This document shows positions 32,800-42,552 of a stretch of DNA of 64,000 nucleotides, one piece after another. The notes beneath the pieces were generated by a model, which saw only the letters and a list, made by a program, of their open reading frames with translations, searched no databases and was not told where the DNA came from. The stretch lies in the IMG/VR virus record IMGVR_UViG_3300012953_000014, positions 92,636-156,635 of that record; one strand, written 5' to 3'. The first letter of the stretch is position 1; the number at the start of each line of letters is the position of its first letter. The translations under genes and the position numbers were made by a program. The stretch is from a virus.

Positions 32800-33485
32800 T
32801 CGTTCCATTTCTTTTTAAACTGGGAGTATTCCGATCTGAACTTTGTTAGGTTGTTTAATACCTGCTTTGTATTCAGATTTGTTATCTCTCTAATATACAG
32901 GTAAATAGCCTTTTTGTTAAAAATTTCGATTGCGTCGGCTTCAGATAAAAGTATTTTAATGGCTTCCAAAACCTTTTTTTCGTTTTCTTTTAGGTTTTGT
33001 TTATCCCATCTACGAATCTCACCCCAAAGGTGTTCCATGAACTCCTTCTTCTCTCGTTCACTATCATATTTGTTGTAGATAGCAAGATGATCCATTTCAA
33101 CCTGTTTTGAAATCTCATCATAATGCGCCTCGCGGCGGAGTTGCATTGCGGTTTTCTTTACCTTTGCGATAAACCAATTTTTGGTAATAACACTAAAGTA
33201 TGAAAATGCTTTGGAACCTTTGTTTCGATCAAAGTTGCTTAAGATTGTTATCAGATGAACTTCGCACTCATCTTTCAAACTATCAACATTTGGAAGATTA
33301 GTAAACTTATAAGTAAAAACAATTTTGTTAATCATCTCTACGAATACTGGACGTATAACATCTCTGTATATAACGTTTCTTTGTTCAGGGTCATCACAAT
33401 CAATATATTCTATGATCGCGTCCTCGTGAACTTTGGTAAAATATTTCTTACCTTTTTTTCTACGTCGCTTCTTCTTGGTTATCAT
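32796..33485 (-). CDS. Phage RNA polymerase sigma factor-like protein (T4 gp55-like late sigma)
   Basis: Region-2-like LKDECEVHLITILSNFDRNKGSKAFSYFSVITKNWFI; N-terminal YFTKVHEDAIIEY. Start refined from 33515. Confidence 0.7.
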   Translation of the reverse strand: MITKKKRRRKKGKKYFTKVHEDAIIEYIDCDDPEQRNVIYRDVIRPVFVEMINKIVFTYKFTNLPNVDSLKDECEVHLITILSNFDRNKGSKAFSYFSVITKNWFIAKVKKTAMQLRREAHYDEISKQVEMDHLAIYNKYDSEREKKEFMEHLWGEIRRWDKQNLKENEKKVLEAIKILLSEADAIEIFNKKAIYLYIREITNLNTKQVLNNLTKFRSEYSQFKKKWNE

Positions 33486-33828
33486 TTTGTTCTTCCATTT
33501 GGTCTTCAGCACCATTTAGCTGATTTAATAAGTCTGGTTGTGTAAAAGAATATACTTCATCATATTGTTTCAAAAACTCAGACATATCCTTAGTGTGCTC
33601 TAAAAGGCTGGACAATGTTTCATCACCATAAAATGCAGGCATTTCATAAACTGACTTAAGATGATTCTCGTATGAATCAATCATTGTTAATATTCTTGAT
33701 ACTTCTTCGGAGGCAATATAAATTCTAAAAAACACCCTCCTAGAATAAAAATACAATATCCCGTTCACTAGTAAAGACAAAAACAGAAACACAGATATTA
33801 AAACTGCAAAAACAAAACTAACCGTCAT
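33460..33828 (-). CDS. Hypothetical membrane-anchored protein
   Basis: N-terminal hydrophobic helix VSFVFAVLISVFLFLSLLVNGILYFY. Confidence 0.7.
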   Translation of the reverse strand: MTVSFVFAVLISVFLFLSLLVNGILYFYSRRVFFRIYIASEEVSRILTMIDSYENHLKSVYEMPAFYGDETLSSLLEHTKDMSEFLKQYDEVYSFTQPDLLNQLNGAEDQMEEQNDNQEEAT

Positions 33829-34090
33829 TCTTATACATCCTACTTTTTAGTTTCTCTCTTTCTTGAGAGATTTCTTCTTTTGTCTCTTCGATGGTGGCTT
33901 TTAAAAGCTCACCAGGTTTAGACTTTCCATCAAAATGCTCTTGTTTTTTACTTATAAAAACATTTGAAGGGACTCGTGTAATCGAGTCGGTTGCTCCACA
34001 AAGTTCGCATATTTTCAACGTTTTATTGATAGAATGCTTTGCCTCAAAATTGGATTGGCAATCTTTGCAGAAATATGCATATTTAGGCAT
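33818..34090 (-). CDS. FmdB-family zinc-ribbon protein
   Basis: MPKYAYFCKDC...FE...CELCG pattern (MPxYxYxCxxC...CxxCG). Confidence 0.85.
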   Translation of the reverse strand: MPKYAYFCKDCQSNFEAKHSINKTLKICELCGATDSITRVPSNVFISKKQEHFDGKSKPGELLKATIEETKEEISQEREKLKSRMYKNDG

Positions 34091-34295
34091 TTTTGACTAC
34101 TTCTGCATCTGAAACTTTAACTGTTGGAGGATTATTAACCACTAATCCGTCATTTGTATTAGAAAGCTCAAACTCTCTCAACATTTCAGTAATATCAGCT
34201 TGCTCAAGCAATCCTTTTTGGAGTGCCATCATAAGAGAGCCGATGGCCTGGTCTGATAGTTTAAGTTTGTTTTCGATTTGCATTTTAATTTGCAT
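34083..34295 (-). CDS. Small hypothetical protein
   Basis: 70-aa ORF with AAGGAG RBS, overlapping the next gene. Confidence 0.65.
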   Translation of the reverse strand: MQIKMQIENKLKLSDQAIGSLMMALQKGLLEQADITEMLREFELSNTNDGLVVNNPPTVKVSDAEVVKNA

Positions 34296-34309
34296 TATTG
34301 TTTCTCCTT

Positions 34310-35272
34310 TTATTTTAGTGATTTATAATCTTCATTATACATCATCTTACATAGTTCTTCAAATTTAACTTTTGGTTCCCAGTTCAAAACCTTCTTTGCT
34401 TTCGCGGGGTTGCCCAACAAATAGGGAACTTCTTGCGGCCTGAATAGTCTTGGGTCAATCTCAACATATTTGTCCGGATCTAACCCCGCATAATCAAACA
34501 CACAATCTAAAAATTCTTTAACACTATATGTCTCTCCTGTGGCGATAACATAATCATCTGGGTTGTCTTGTTGTAGCATGAGCCACATTGCCTCGACGTA
34601 ATCTCCGGCAAAACCCCAATCGCGCTTAGCATCTAAGTTGCCAAGGAAGAGTTTATCTTGTAAACCAAGTTTAATGTTAGCGGCTGCCATCGTAATCTTT
34701 CTTGTTACAAATGTTTCTCCGCGTCGGGGGGATTCATGATTGAAGAGGATCCCGCTTGATGCATGTAACCCATAACTCTCTCGGTAGTTTCTAACCAGGT
34801 TGTGTGCAAAGACCTTAGCACAAGCATATGGAGAAGCAGGCGTCAAAATAGAGTCTTCATCAAATGGATATTCTGGATTGTCCCCATACATTTCTGATGA
34901 TGATGCTTGGTAAAATCTTGATTCTGGGCAGACTTTTTTGACCGCATTCATAATCCTCAAAGAACCCATTGCAATACTATCAACTGTGTGTTCTGGAATA
35001 TCAAATGAGACCCTAACATGCGATTGGGCGGCGATGTTATATATTTCATCAGGTTTAATATCCATCAACATTTCCCACATTGAAGAAGTATCATTCAAGT
35101 CGTGATATCTTAAGTGAAAGTTGGGGTTGCCGAAAATGTGATCTATTCTTGATGTGTTGAATGAAGATGATCGTCTTTTCAATCCATATACTTCATATCC
35201 TTTATCTAACAATAGTTCTGTAAGGTAAGAACCATCTTGGCCTGTAACGCCAGTTATAAGTGCTTTTTTCAT
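34310..35272 (-). CDS. gmd: GDP-mannose 4,6-dehydratase
   Basis: [69 protein letters not shown]. Confidence 0.97.
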   Translation of the reverse strand: MKKALITGVTGQDGSYLTELLLDKGYEVYGLKRRSSSFNTSRIDHIFGNPNFHLRYHDLNDTSSMWEMLMDIKPDEIYNIAAQSHVRVSFDIPEHTVDSIAMGSLRIMNAVKKVCPESRFYQASSSEMYGDNPEYPFDEDSILTPASPYACAKVFAHNLVRNYRESYGLHASSGILFNHESPRRGETFVTRKITMAAANIKLGLQDKLFLGNLDAKRDWGFAGDYVEAMWLMLQQDNPDDYVIATGETYSVKEFLDCVFDYAGLDPDKYVEIDPRLFRPQEVPYLLGNPAKAKKVLNWEPKVKFEELCKMMYNEDYKSLK

Positions 35273-35300
35273 TTATTGTATTAATCCACCTGTTAAAAAT

Positions 35301-35309
35301 ATTATAACA
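35301..35309 (-). promoter_or_regulatory. Extended -10 element (TGTTATAAT) upstream of gmd
   Basis: TGnTATAAT in the AT-rich fcl-gmd spacer; no clear -35. Confidence 0.45.
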
Positions 35310-35344
35310 TTGTTTTTATTAATTTTGTTGGTATTTTTATATTC

Positions 35345-36280
35345 TTAAAAATGCAAGATTCCCTGGGCTTCTACTAGTTTTTTTGCGACATACCACATAT
35401 ACGTTCGGAAAACTCCTTCCTTAAAAGGGGTAAATTTAAAATCACCAATAAGGTTTTTTAGTTGTGTATTATCCCCATCTTTTCTAAACTGCCCATCTAG
35501 TTGTTTGTTGTAAACTATTTTAATTTCCTTATTGATGCTTTTCAATAAAGTTTGTGCCATCTGATCAATAGTAAGGTTCTCATCTGGACTTACGATTAAA
35601 GGAGTGTCTGTGTTGTGTTTCTCTAATAATACAGGTATCAGACCACACAAGTCTTCTATAAACAACTGTTGGCGCATTGGTTTGCCTGTGCCCCAAAGCT
35701 CAAGTTTTGTTCTACTTCTTGACGTTTTTACGATAAGAGATGGAACAAAATGACAAGTTTCAATATTAAAATCGTCGCCTGGCCCGTATATGTTCGACGG
35801 GCAAAAACATGAATAATTTACCCCATATTGTTTTCTGTAAGATTTAATCTGGACATGTAACATTCTTTTAGTATATCCATAAGAAAAGTTTGTCGGAGCA
35901 GGAGGACCAGAGAGCATGTCATTTTCTGTAAATGGATAGTCATCAACCACATCAGGAAAAGCGCAAGTGCTAAGTGATGCCAAGAGTCTAGGCACACCGG
36001 CCATGTATGCTTCGTGAACAACATTCGTGTTCATCATTACGTTTTTATAAAAAAAGTCTGCTTGATGTTTGGCATTTTTTTTGATACCACCAACTATACC
36101 AGCAAGATGAAGAACAGCATCCAGGTTCGGATAATCCTCAAACATTTTTTTAACTTGAGATGTATCAGTCAAGTCATAATCTTTTGATGAAATGTAAAAC
36201 CAATCTGGCTTGACCTTTTGCAGTTGCTTACCAACAAAACCGGAGCCACCGGTAACTAAAACTCTATCACCTTTTTCCAT
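35345..36280 (-). CDS. fcl: GDP-L-fucose synthase family epimerase/reductase
   Basis: VTGGSGFVG, HLAGIVGGI..N, LSTCAFP, YGYTKR, NIYGPGDDF, HFVPSLI, WGTGKPMRQ; next to gmd. Confidence 0.88.
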   Translation of the reverse strand: MEKGDRVLVTGGSGFVGKQLQKVKPDWFYISSKDYDLTDTSQVKKMFEDYPNLDAVLHLAGIVGGIKKNAKHQADFFYKNVMMNTNVVHEAYMAGVPRLLASLSTCAFPDVVDDYPFTENDMLSGPPAPTNFSYGYTKRMLHVQIKSYRKQYGVNYSCFCPSNIYGPGDDFNIETCHFVPSLIVKTSRSRTKLELWGTGKPMRQQLFIEDLCGLIPVLLEKHNTDTPLIVSPDENLTIDQMAQTLLKSINKEIKIVYNKQLDGQFRKDGDNTQLKNLIGDFKFTPFKEGVFRTYMWYVAKKLVEAQGILHF

Positions 36281-37067
36281 TTAATATCTCCTCTAATGAA
36301 ACATATTCTATTATTTCGTGAAGATTGGAGTTTGGACTTGAGGAAAGAATCTCAAAATGAATACCACTATTGTTTTTATACCTATTAATATCTTTAAGAA
36401 ACTTAGTCCACAACCAAAGGCCGCCATCATCTTCAGAGGGACCCTGGTCAACACCTTCTTCAAAAAAGTAAGGATTGAAATAGTCTGGATGGAAATGTTC
36501 TAAATCTTTTCCCTGTTCAATTGACTCTTCTCTGCGCCCGTAACGACAATCCACGCCAAGCAAAACTGCTCTCTTGTATCCCAACATATAAGAAAGGTTT
36601 GTGGCAAAAATTCCACAGTTTGCATATGCATGAGGGCTAATATATGGCTTTTGCCTTTCTAGTGGTGCAGAGTGAAGTTCTGTTATCTTATCTATACCAA
36701 TCTTTTTACATATGCTGGCCCCATAAAAAACATTAGTGCCTTCGGGTATATTAACCACCTTACTGTGTTGGCTGGCCGCGCTTTTCGAGGCAAGTTGGCT
36801 AATGAAGAATTTCTCTATTTTACATTCAGGGTTTGTAATGTATTTTTTTAATATATCTTTTTTGAATATTTTGTCTATAAGTCTACTGTCTATTAAACAA
36901 TAATATTTGGGCTCGAAGCCCCAATCTTCGAAAGCTATGTATTGGCGATTCATTCCGAAAGTTTCTAAGTTTTTTAGAAGAGAAATATCTATCTCATTTA
37001 ATGATGGGCCTGATCCTATAATAAAAGCTGTTTCATCTAGCGTTATATTTTTATTCTCGTTTCCCAC
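36267..37067 (-). CDS. DUF115/Maf/CstII(GT42)-like transferase
   Basis: AFIIGSGPSL...TFGMNR and LGYKRAVLLGVD...HFHPDYF. Confidence 0.7.
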   Translation of the reverse strand: MGNENKNITLDETAFIIGSGPSLNEIDISLLKNLETFGMNRQYIAFEDWGFEPKYYCLIDSRLIDKIFKKDILKKYITNPECKIEKFFISQLASKSAASQHSKVVNIPEGTNVFYGASICKKIGIDKITELHSAPLERQKPYISPHAYANCGIFATNLSYMLGYKRAVLLGVDCRYGRREESIEQGKDLEHFHPDYFNPYFFEEGVDQGPSEDDGGLWLWTKFLKDINRYKNNSGIHFEILSSSPNSNLHEIIEYVSLEEILNGKR

Positions 37068-37899
37068 TTATAAAATCCTCGAAATCAATATATTTAAAAT
37101 ATTTATTCAAATTTGAACCCTCTGAACATGAATAAACTTTCATGGGTAATTTATAATCATTGATTTCCGTAGCAGCACAATCCCATATATAAACTTGTTG
37201 TTGTTCATTCGGCCTGCCAAAAGTCTGTCCTTTGCCGAAATAGTCATCCCTAAAATGATTCGGATCATAATCTTCATGCGAAACACATCCATCATCTGTC
37301 CACTCAATACTTCTTTGTGTGTCTTTGTCAATGGTATATCTAGCATCGCATCCCAGAAGGGCTACCTCCTCATAACCCATCATATAAAGCATTTTCAAAC
37401 CCATGAATCCTGCATTTGGTTGTATAGGTGAAACAAGCAGGTTTGTGTTTGGAATCTCTAAGTTATGAGATATTGGCAAAAGAATACTCCAGGCTTCGGG
37501 AGGATCAACTAAAAACTGGACATTATCTGATTCTATGAACTTTTCACCCGGAAAATCTGAACTGGTTTGGATTGAATGAGGTAAAAAGAATCTTTCTATG
37601 TTACTGTTTTCAATAAGGTTGTTGATATCTTTATGGGTAGATTTTATATCTTCAGAATCAATTGATAAATAATATGAGGGCTCAAACCCCCAATCTTCAA
37701 AAGCGACATAAGCCCTATTAAAAGTAATTGTTCTCTTATCTTTGAGTTTTGATATGTCTATTTTTTTTAAGCTCGGGCCAGTCCCAATCAAATATGCCGT
37801 TTTATGTTTTAAGTTTTTTTTGGGATATGGAACACTAAAATATCCCTTACCGATACCAACCTTAAAACTATGTAAGTCTTTGCCCTTAAAGTGTGGCAT
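37051..37899 (-). CDS. DUF115/Maf/CstII(GT42)-like transferase (tandem paralog)
   Basis: AYLIGTGPSL...ITFNR and MGYEEVALLGCD...NHFRDDYF; shares AFEDWGFEPxYY with its neighbour. Confidence 0.7.
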   Translation of the reverse strand: MPHFKGKDLHSFKVGIGKGYFSVPYPKKNLKHKTAYLIGTGPSLKKIDISKLKDKRTITFNRAYVAFEDWGFEPSYYLSIDSEDIKSTHKDINNLIENSNIERFFLPHSIQTSSDFPGEKFIESDNVQFLVDPPEAWSILLPISHNLEIPNTNLLVSPIQPNAGFMGLKMLYMMGYEEVALLGCDARYTIDKDTQRSIEWTDDGCVSHEDYDPNHFRDDYFGKGQTFGRPNEQQQVYIWDCAATEINDYKLPMKVYSCSEGSNLNKYFKYIDFEDFISGKRE

Positions 37900-38495
37900 T
37901 ACTTATCTGCTTTTCTCAGAGGTGAATCTGCCATCCTTTCTTTTTCTTGATTAATTGATGGACAACGGCTTCCGACTCGATGAATAAGATCATAGAACAA
38001 CATCATTGAAGCAACTTCAACAGTGTGAAAGTAATCACATTCAAAAGACAACTCATTCATACCCTCATTTAGAGCTTGTGATTTTTGCCCACTAATCAAA
38101 AACGTTCCAAAACCCTGTTCTTCGCCCCAATGTAAGGCATTTACAACATTCGCAGAGTTTCCAGAGCATGAAAGCCCGATGACCAAACACTCAGAAGGAT
38201 CTTCAACTAAGCCAATTGTTTCAAGCCATCTTGTAAACATATGCTCAAAACCATGATCATTTGCATTTGAGGTGATAAAGCCAACACTATCAAACGAGTA
38301 AACTGACTTCTCCTGTATTAATCTTGAAAGATCTGTTGCCATATGACTTGCAACATAGTGTAGGCCACCATTTCCGATTAAAAACACACGCTTAGCATCA
38401 GCAAGCATATCTACAAGTTTTGCGTGTTCAGGTTTAGATACTGCTTCTTCACATTTTTCTTCGATATTCTCGAAATCGATTAACATTTTACTCAT
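37899..38495 (-). CDS. SIS-domain sugar-phosphate isomerase, GmhA-like
   Basis: FLIGNGG...ASHMATDL, ITSNANDHGFEHMF, GLSCSGNSANVVNAL. Confidence 0.8.
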   Translation of the reverse strand: MSKMLIDFENIEEKCEEAVSKPEHAKLVDMLADAKRVFLIGNGGLHYVASHMATDLSRLIQEKSVYSFDSVGFITSNANDHGFEHMFTRWLETIGLVEDPSECLVIGLSCSGNSANVVNALHWGEEQGFGTFLISGQKSQALNEGMNELSFECDYFHTVEVASMMLFYDLIHRVGSRCPSINQEKERMADSPLRKADK

Positions 38496-38507
38496 TTTTT
38501 TACCTCT

Positions 38508-39668
38508 TTATATTGAAAAAATTATTTTCAATGATTTCTCCAGTTCCTCTTTTGATAGTGCTAAACTTGGGCGGAACCTAATAGTTTTGTCTCCCGTCTT
38601 ATTAAATAGCATCCCTCTGTCAAACATCTTGTCTGAATATTCATTACAGGTTTCAGCGGTTTCAAAATCAAATGCCATAATTAAACCACAGTTTCTAACA
38701 TTTTTTAAATCTTTAACGCTTCTTAATCCATCAGCCAACAAATCTCCAGATTGTTTTGCATTGTTTAGAATATCATATTCTTTGTATGCCTTGATAATAT
38801 ACTTACAACGTATCATATCAATTATGGTTCCATCCCAAGTAACTTCCAACCTAGTTGGCGTTTCAAATATTTTAGAAAACCTTTCTTTAACCATGATTCC
38901 TGATAGTTGTGCTCGTTTACCAAAAATTAAAATGTCAGGCTCTACTCCCAAGTGTTCAAAATACCACACTTTTCCTGTTGCACCAAAACCTATTTGCACT
39001 TCATCAAATATCAAAGGAATATCATATTTATCACATAAATCTCTTAACGTTTTTATAAATTCTATTGAGATATAATGATCACCCAGGGTAGCCTGGATAG
39101 GCTCTACTAAGACAGCAGTAATGTTATCATTAGCAAAAATGTTTTCAAGGAAATCTTTTGAAACATCATCTCGCGTTTTGATAGAAAAGTGTGAAGGGAA
39201 ACCTTTTAACCTATGTTGCACAGGGCCATTTCGAGAAGTTGTAAAACAACCCCATGAATTTATACCATGGAAGGCACCAACAAATGAAAGTATTTTTGGC
39301 TCTTTTGATTTTTTATAATCTATGGCAGTTTTAATCGCTGCTTCTACTGCTAAAGCTCCAGTGCAACAATAATGAATATATTCATACTTTCCAATACCGG
39401 CGAAAGCCTTAAACTCTTTATCGAAAGATTCCGCTTCATCTGAAATGAACTCACAGTTTGTAATCTTTGCTGATAAGATTTTTGCAACTTCACTTTGAAA
39501 CTCATCGGTTTTAAATATTTCGTGGTTATACCCAAGAGGTAATGAAGAATACATGCTAAAGAAGTCTAAATATTCTTTACCAGTGTTTTTATCAGCAAGG
39601 TATGAGCCATGGCTATTTTCTAAATCTGCTCTTATTTTAAACTTACTGCTTCTTGCTACGTTTATCAT
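38508..39668 (-). CDS. Class III PLP-dependent aminotransferase (lysine-6-aminotransferase-like)
   Basis: YLDFFSMYSSLPLGYNH, TGALAVEAAIK, AFHG, VEPIQ, LIFDEVQIGFG, FGK, IRFRP. Confidence 0.9.
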   Translation of the reverse strand: MINVARSSKFKIRADLENSHGSYLADKNTGKEYLDFFSMYSSLPLGYNHEIFKTDEFQSEVAKILSAKITNCEFISDEAESFDKEFKAFAGIGKYEYIHYCCTGALAVEAAIKTAIDYKKSKEPKILSFVGAFHGINSWGCFTTSRNGPVQHRLKGFPSHFSIKTRDDVSKDFLENIFANDNITAVLVEPIQATLGDHYISIEFIKTLRDLCDKYDIPLIFDEVQIGFGATGKVWYFEHLGVEPDILIFGKRAQLSGIMVKERFSKIFETPTRLEVTWDGTIIDMIRCKYIIKAYKEYDILNNAKQSGDLLADGLRSVKDLKNVRNCGLIMAFDFETAETCNEYSDKMFDRGMLFNKTGDKTIRFRPSLALSKEELEKSLKIIFSI

Positions 39669-40728
39669 ATTTATTGCTCTCCATAAAGTATTCTATAACC
39701 AAATATTTAATATGATCTTTGTCATTTAAAATTTTGACTTCTGCATCCCCAACATCATTTAACAAAATACAAGTTATTGAATTACCAATGTTTTTCTTAT
39801 CTTTTGATAATATTTTAAAATACTCTTCAACCTCGGCAATGTTCATAGTGTAGGAAGGGATATTCTTCTTTATTGTTTCATGTATTTTATCATGTAACTC
39901 CCACTTTATAAAGCCTAAACTTGCTGATATATAGTTTGCAATATCCATCCCTAAAGTTACTGCTCGGCCATGGGATATCTCATAGTTTGTCAGAGCTTCG
40001 ATTGCATGACCAAAAGTATGGCCATAGTTGAAGATTCTTCGCTCATCCTCATCAAACTCGTCTCTCTCTATCATTCTTTTTTTAATATTTAAACTTTCAC
40101 AAATATGGGGATTTATCAGTGTATAATCATTCAATATGTCCTCATATGAGTCCATCAATTTGTGAATACTTGGAGTTCCATCAACCAAGTAATAATGTAA
40201 TATTTCACCAATGCCAGATCTAATATCATCTTGTTTGAGGGTTTTTAACAACTCGGCGCAACAATATATTTGACTTGGTGGATAAAAGGTTCCTAATAGG
40301 TTTTTGGCTCCGGCAAAGTTAATCGAAGATTTACTGCCTATACAGCTATCAGCCTGTGCCAACAAGGTTGTCGGAAAAAATTTCCATTGAATGCCACGAT
40401 ACAAAACAGACGAGGTGAAGGCGGTTATGTCTTGAACTATCCCACCACCTACGGCCACAATTGTGTTGTTTTTTCTTATACCTTTTTGAATAAGTTCTTT
40501 TAAAATATCTTGGCAATACTCTAATGTTTTATTTTCTTCAGTGGCCTCAATAACAAATATTTTATCACTATCAAAACTATCACTAAAAACAGGGTATTCT
40601 CTGTTGACATTCGAATCAATAAATAAAAATGATTTTTCTGATACTGAGTCGACCAGAGTGTTGGTCAGTTTTTCAAAAGAAACGTCATAATCTCGCCTGT
40701 AAGATTTTACGGTAAAGTTCTCAAACAT
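39643..40728 (-). CDS. Sugar-phosphate cyclase, 3-dehydroquinate synthase (AroB) superfamily
   Basis: GGGIVQD, PTTLLAQADSCIGSK, KNLLGTFYPP, FNYGHTFGHAIE, HGRAV, DKK. Start refined from 40743. Confidence 0.9.
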   Translation of the reverse strand: MFENFTVKSYRRDYDVSFEKLTNTLVDSVSEKSFLFIDSNVNREYPVFSDSFDSDKIFVIEATEENKTLEYCQDILKELIQKGIRKNNTIVAVGGGIVQDITAFTSSVLYRGIQWKFFPTTLLAQADSCIGSKSSINFAGAKNLLGTFYPPSQIYCCAELLKTLKQDDIRSGIGEILHYYLVDGTPSIHKLMDSYEDILNDYTLINPHICESLNIKKRMIERDEFDEDERRIFNYGHTFGHAIEALTNYEISHGRAVTLGMDIANYISASLGFIKWELHDKIHETIKKNIPSYTMNIAEVEEYFKILSKDKKNIGNSITCILLNDVGDAEVKILNDKDHIKYLVIEYFMESNKYDKRSKKQ

Positions 40729-41428
40729 TGGTAAACCCACCATCCACTACGATATTTTGACCTGAAATATATGTATTCATCTTGCTTGCAATGAACAGCA
40801 CAGCTTTTGATATTTCAGAGGGTTCAGCTAACCTTTTCATTGGAACTTGTTGTGACAACTCATTCATCCCTTCTTCACCTAAAATTTGTTTGGTTAAATC
40901 GGTTAAAGTAAATCCTGGAGAGATTGCGTTTACTAAAACATTATATTGTGCAAGCTCTGCGGCAGAAGATAGGGTTAGCCCGAGTAGCCCGGATTTGGTA
41001 GATGAATACGCTACTCTCTTTTCTTTACCGCGTAGACCCCATATAGAGGAGATATTAACTATTTTTCCATAGTTTTGTTTGATCATGTTTTTAGAAACAG
41101 TTTTTAAAACTTTATAAGGCGCTGTCAAATTTACTTTTAAGATCTTTTCCCAATCTTTATCTTGAGAATCGCAGACATAATCAATTTTATTTATGCCCGC
41201 GTTATTGATTAATACATCAATCTTCTTATCTTTTATAAACTCTATAAAATCTTGAGTTGAATCTTCGTCCGAGAAATCAACACAAAAATATCCGTCACCA
41301 GTTCTTGGCTTGGTTCCTGTAAGTATCAGGTTTGCGCCTGCAATGCGCATGTCTTCGGCTACTTGCTTTCCTATGCCACGGGTAGCGCCAGTAATCAGAA
41401 CTGTTTGATCTTTATAGTCTATTATCAT
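40721..41428 (-). CDS. Short-chain dehydrogenase/reductase
   Basis: TGATRGIG, NNAG, NISS, YSSTK, VNAISPG, VDGG. Confidence 0.93.
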   Translation of the reverse strand: MIIDYKDQTVLITGATRGIGKQVAEDMRIAGANLILTGTKPRTGDGYFCVDFSDEDSTQDFIEFIKDKKIDVLINNAGINKIDYVCDSQDKDWEKILKVNLTAPYKVLKTVSKNMIKQNYGKIVNISSIWGLRGKEKRVAYSSTKSGLLGLTLSSAAELAQYNVLVNAISPGFTLTDLTKQILGEEGMNELSQQVPMKRLAEPSEISKAVLFIASKMNTYISGQNIVVDGGFTNV

Positions 41429-42549
41429 TTCGGGTAAATATGTTCAACATCGGCTCGACTGACTGCTAAACGAATTGCTGGCTTATCACCAACTGCTTTG
41501 ATCTTGTGTACTTTGCCTTTAGGGATAAAAACAATATCATCTTTACCAACAATAAGTTTTCTCCCCTCTATATCCCATTCCCATTGGCCATCAACAATGT
41601 ACCACCACTCATTCCAATCTGGGTGATAATGATTTCTATTCCCTTCGCCTGGCTGTTGGTGAATAAGGGTTGCACTATTATTTTCGGTATCTACTAATCT
41701 CTTGCTCCAAGACACAGTACTATCAAATCTGCTCCTAACCTCATTGATGTTTACAGGTACTTCACTGTTGGCCGAGTGTAGATCATTGTTCAATACACCA
41801 TCTTTTTTCAAGATACTGGGAACATCTACTTCAACGTGCTCCTTGTCATCAGCGTATCTAACAATATATTCTTCTTTGCTTGATAAGAATCTTGCAACAA
41901 GTTCTGCAAACTGAAAGTCTTCCTCATTGTCAATATCAATCGTAGAGTTTCCTTTGATCGTAAAGAAGCCAATATTACCATCTCCACCATGATAACCACA
42001 TTTATATTTGTTCATATTTTTAACATAGTTATCTTTTTTCCACGCCATCAAGCCGCAAGCATACGCTTTAACTGGATTTACCAATTGTGATGGTGGGGAT
42101 ACTTTTTTCTGGTCAAAGTTTATCGGAGCATTATTGTATACACACTCAATCTTTTCATTCTTAACCGATACAAGTGTGTCTAACTTTTTAGATAGCATTT
42201 CACCAGTAAAATCTTTTATTTCTTTCGGAGTCATAAATGGTGATGTTGCAAGAACTTGCACTATTACATCACATTCAACATTGTCTAAGAAGTCCATGAC
42301 AAAGTCATCATTAGTTGCAGAATCAGTAGATAACTCAGGTGGTCTTTTATAGAACTTTGCACCTTCTGACACTGCAATGTTCCCAATAACATCAGACTCT
42401 GTGTTTACCCACACCTCATCGAAACATCCTGCATTGATTGCTGCCCGAATAGTATAACTTATAAGGGGAACACCATTCAACAATCTTATGTTTTTTTTAT
42501 GGATTCTTTTGCTGCCTAAACGAGCTGGAATCATTGCTACGGTTTTCAT
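41425..42549 (-). CDS. Acylneuraminate cytidylyltransferase-family protein fused to a C-terminal cupin
   Basis: IPARLGSKRIHKKNIR, TSPF, IDIDNEEDF; cupin HYHPDWNEWWYIVDG...IPKGKVH. Confidence 0.88.
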   Translation of the reverse strand: MKTVAMIPARLGSKRIHKKNIRLLNGVPLISYTIRAAINAGCFDEVWVNTESDVIGNIAVSEGAKFYKRPPELSTDSATNDDFVMDFLDNVECDVIVQVLATSPFMTPKEIKDFTGEMLSKKLDTLVSVKNEKIECVYNNAPINFDQKKVSPPSQLVNPVKAYACGLMAWKKDNYVKNMNKYKCGYHGGDGNIGFFTIKGNSTIDIDNEEDFQFAELVARFLSSKEEYIVRYADDKEHVEVDVPSILKKDGVLNNDLHSANSEVPVNINEVRSRFDSTVSWSKRLVDTENNSATLIHQQPGEGNRNHYHPDWNEWWYIVDGQWEWDIEGRKLIVGKDDIVFIPKGKVHKIKAVGDKPAIRLAVSRADVEHIYPK

Positions 42550-42552
42550 ATT

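Noticed and set aside
39643-40728. aroB as a shikimate-pathway auxiliary metabolic gene
   Set aside because: No other aro gene is present, and it overlaps SDR and aminotransferase genes within a glycan cluster, so no gene symbol was assigned.
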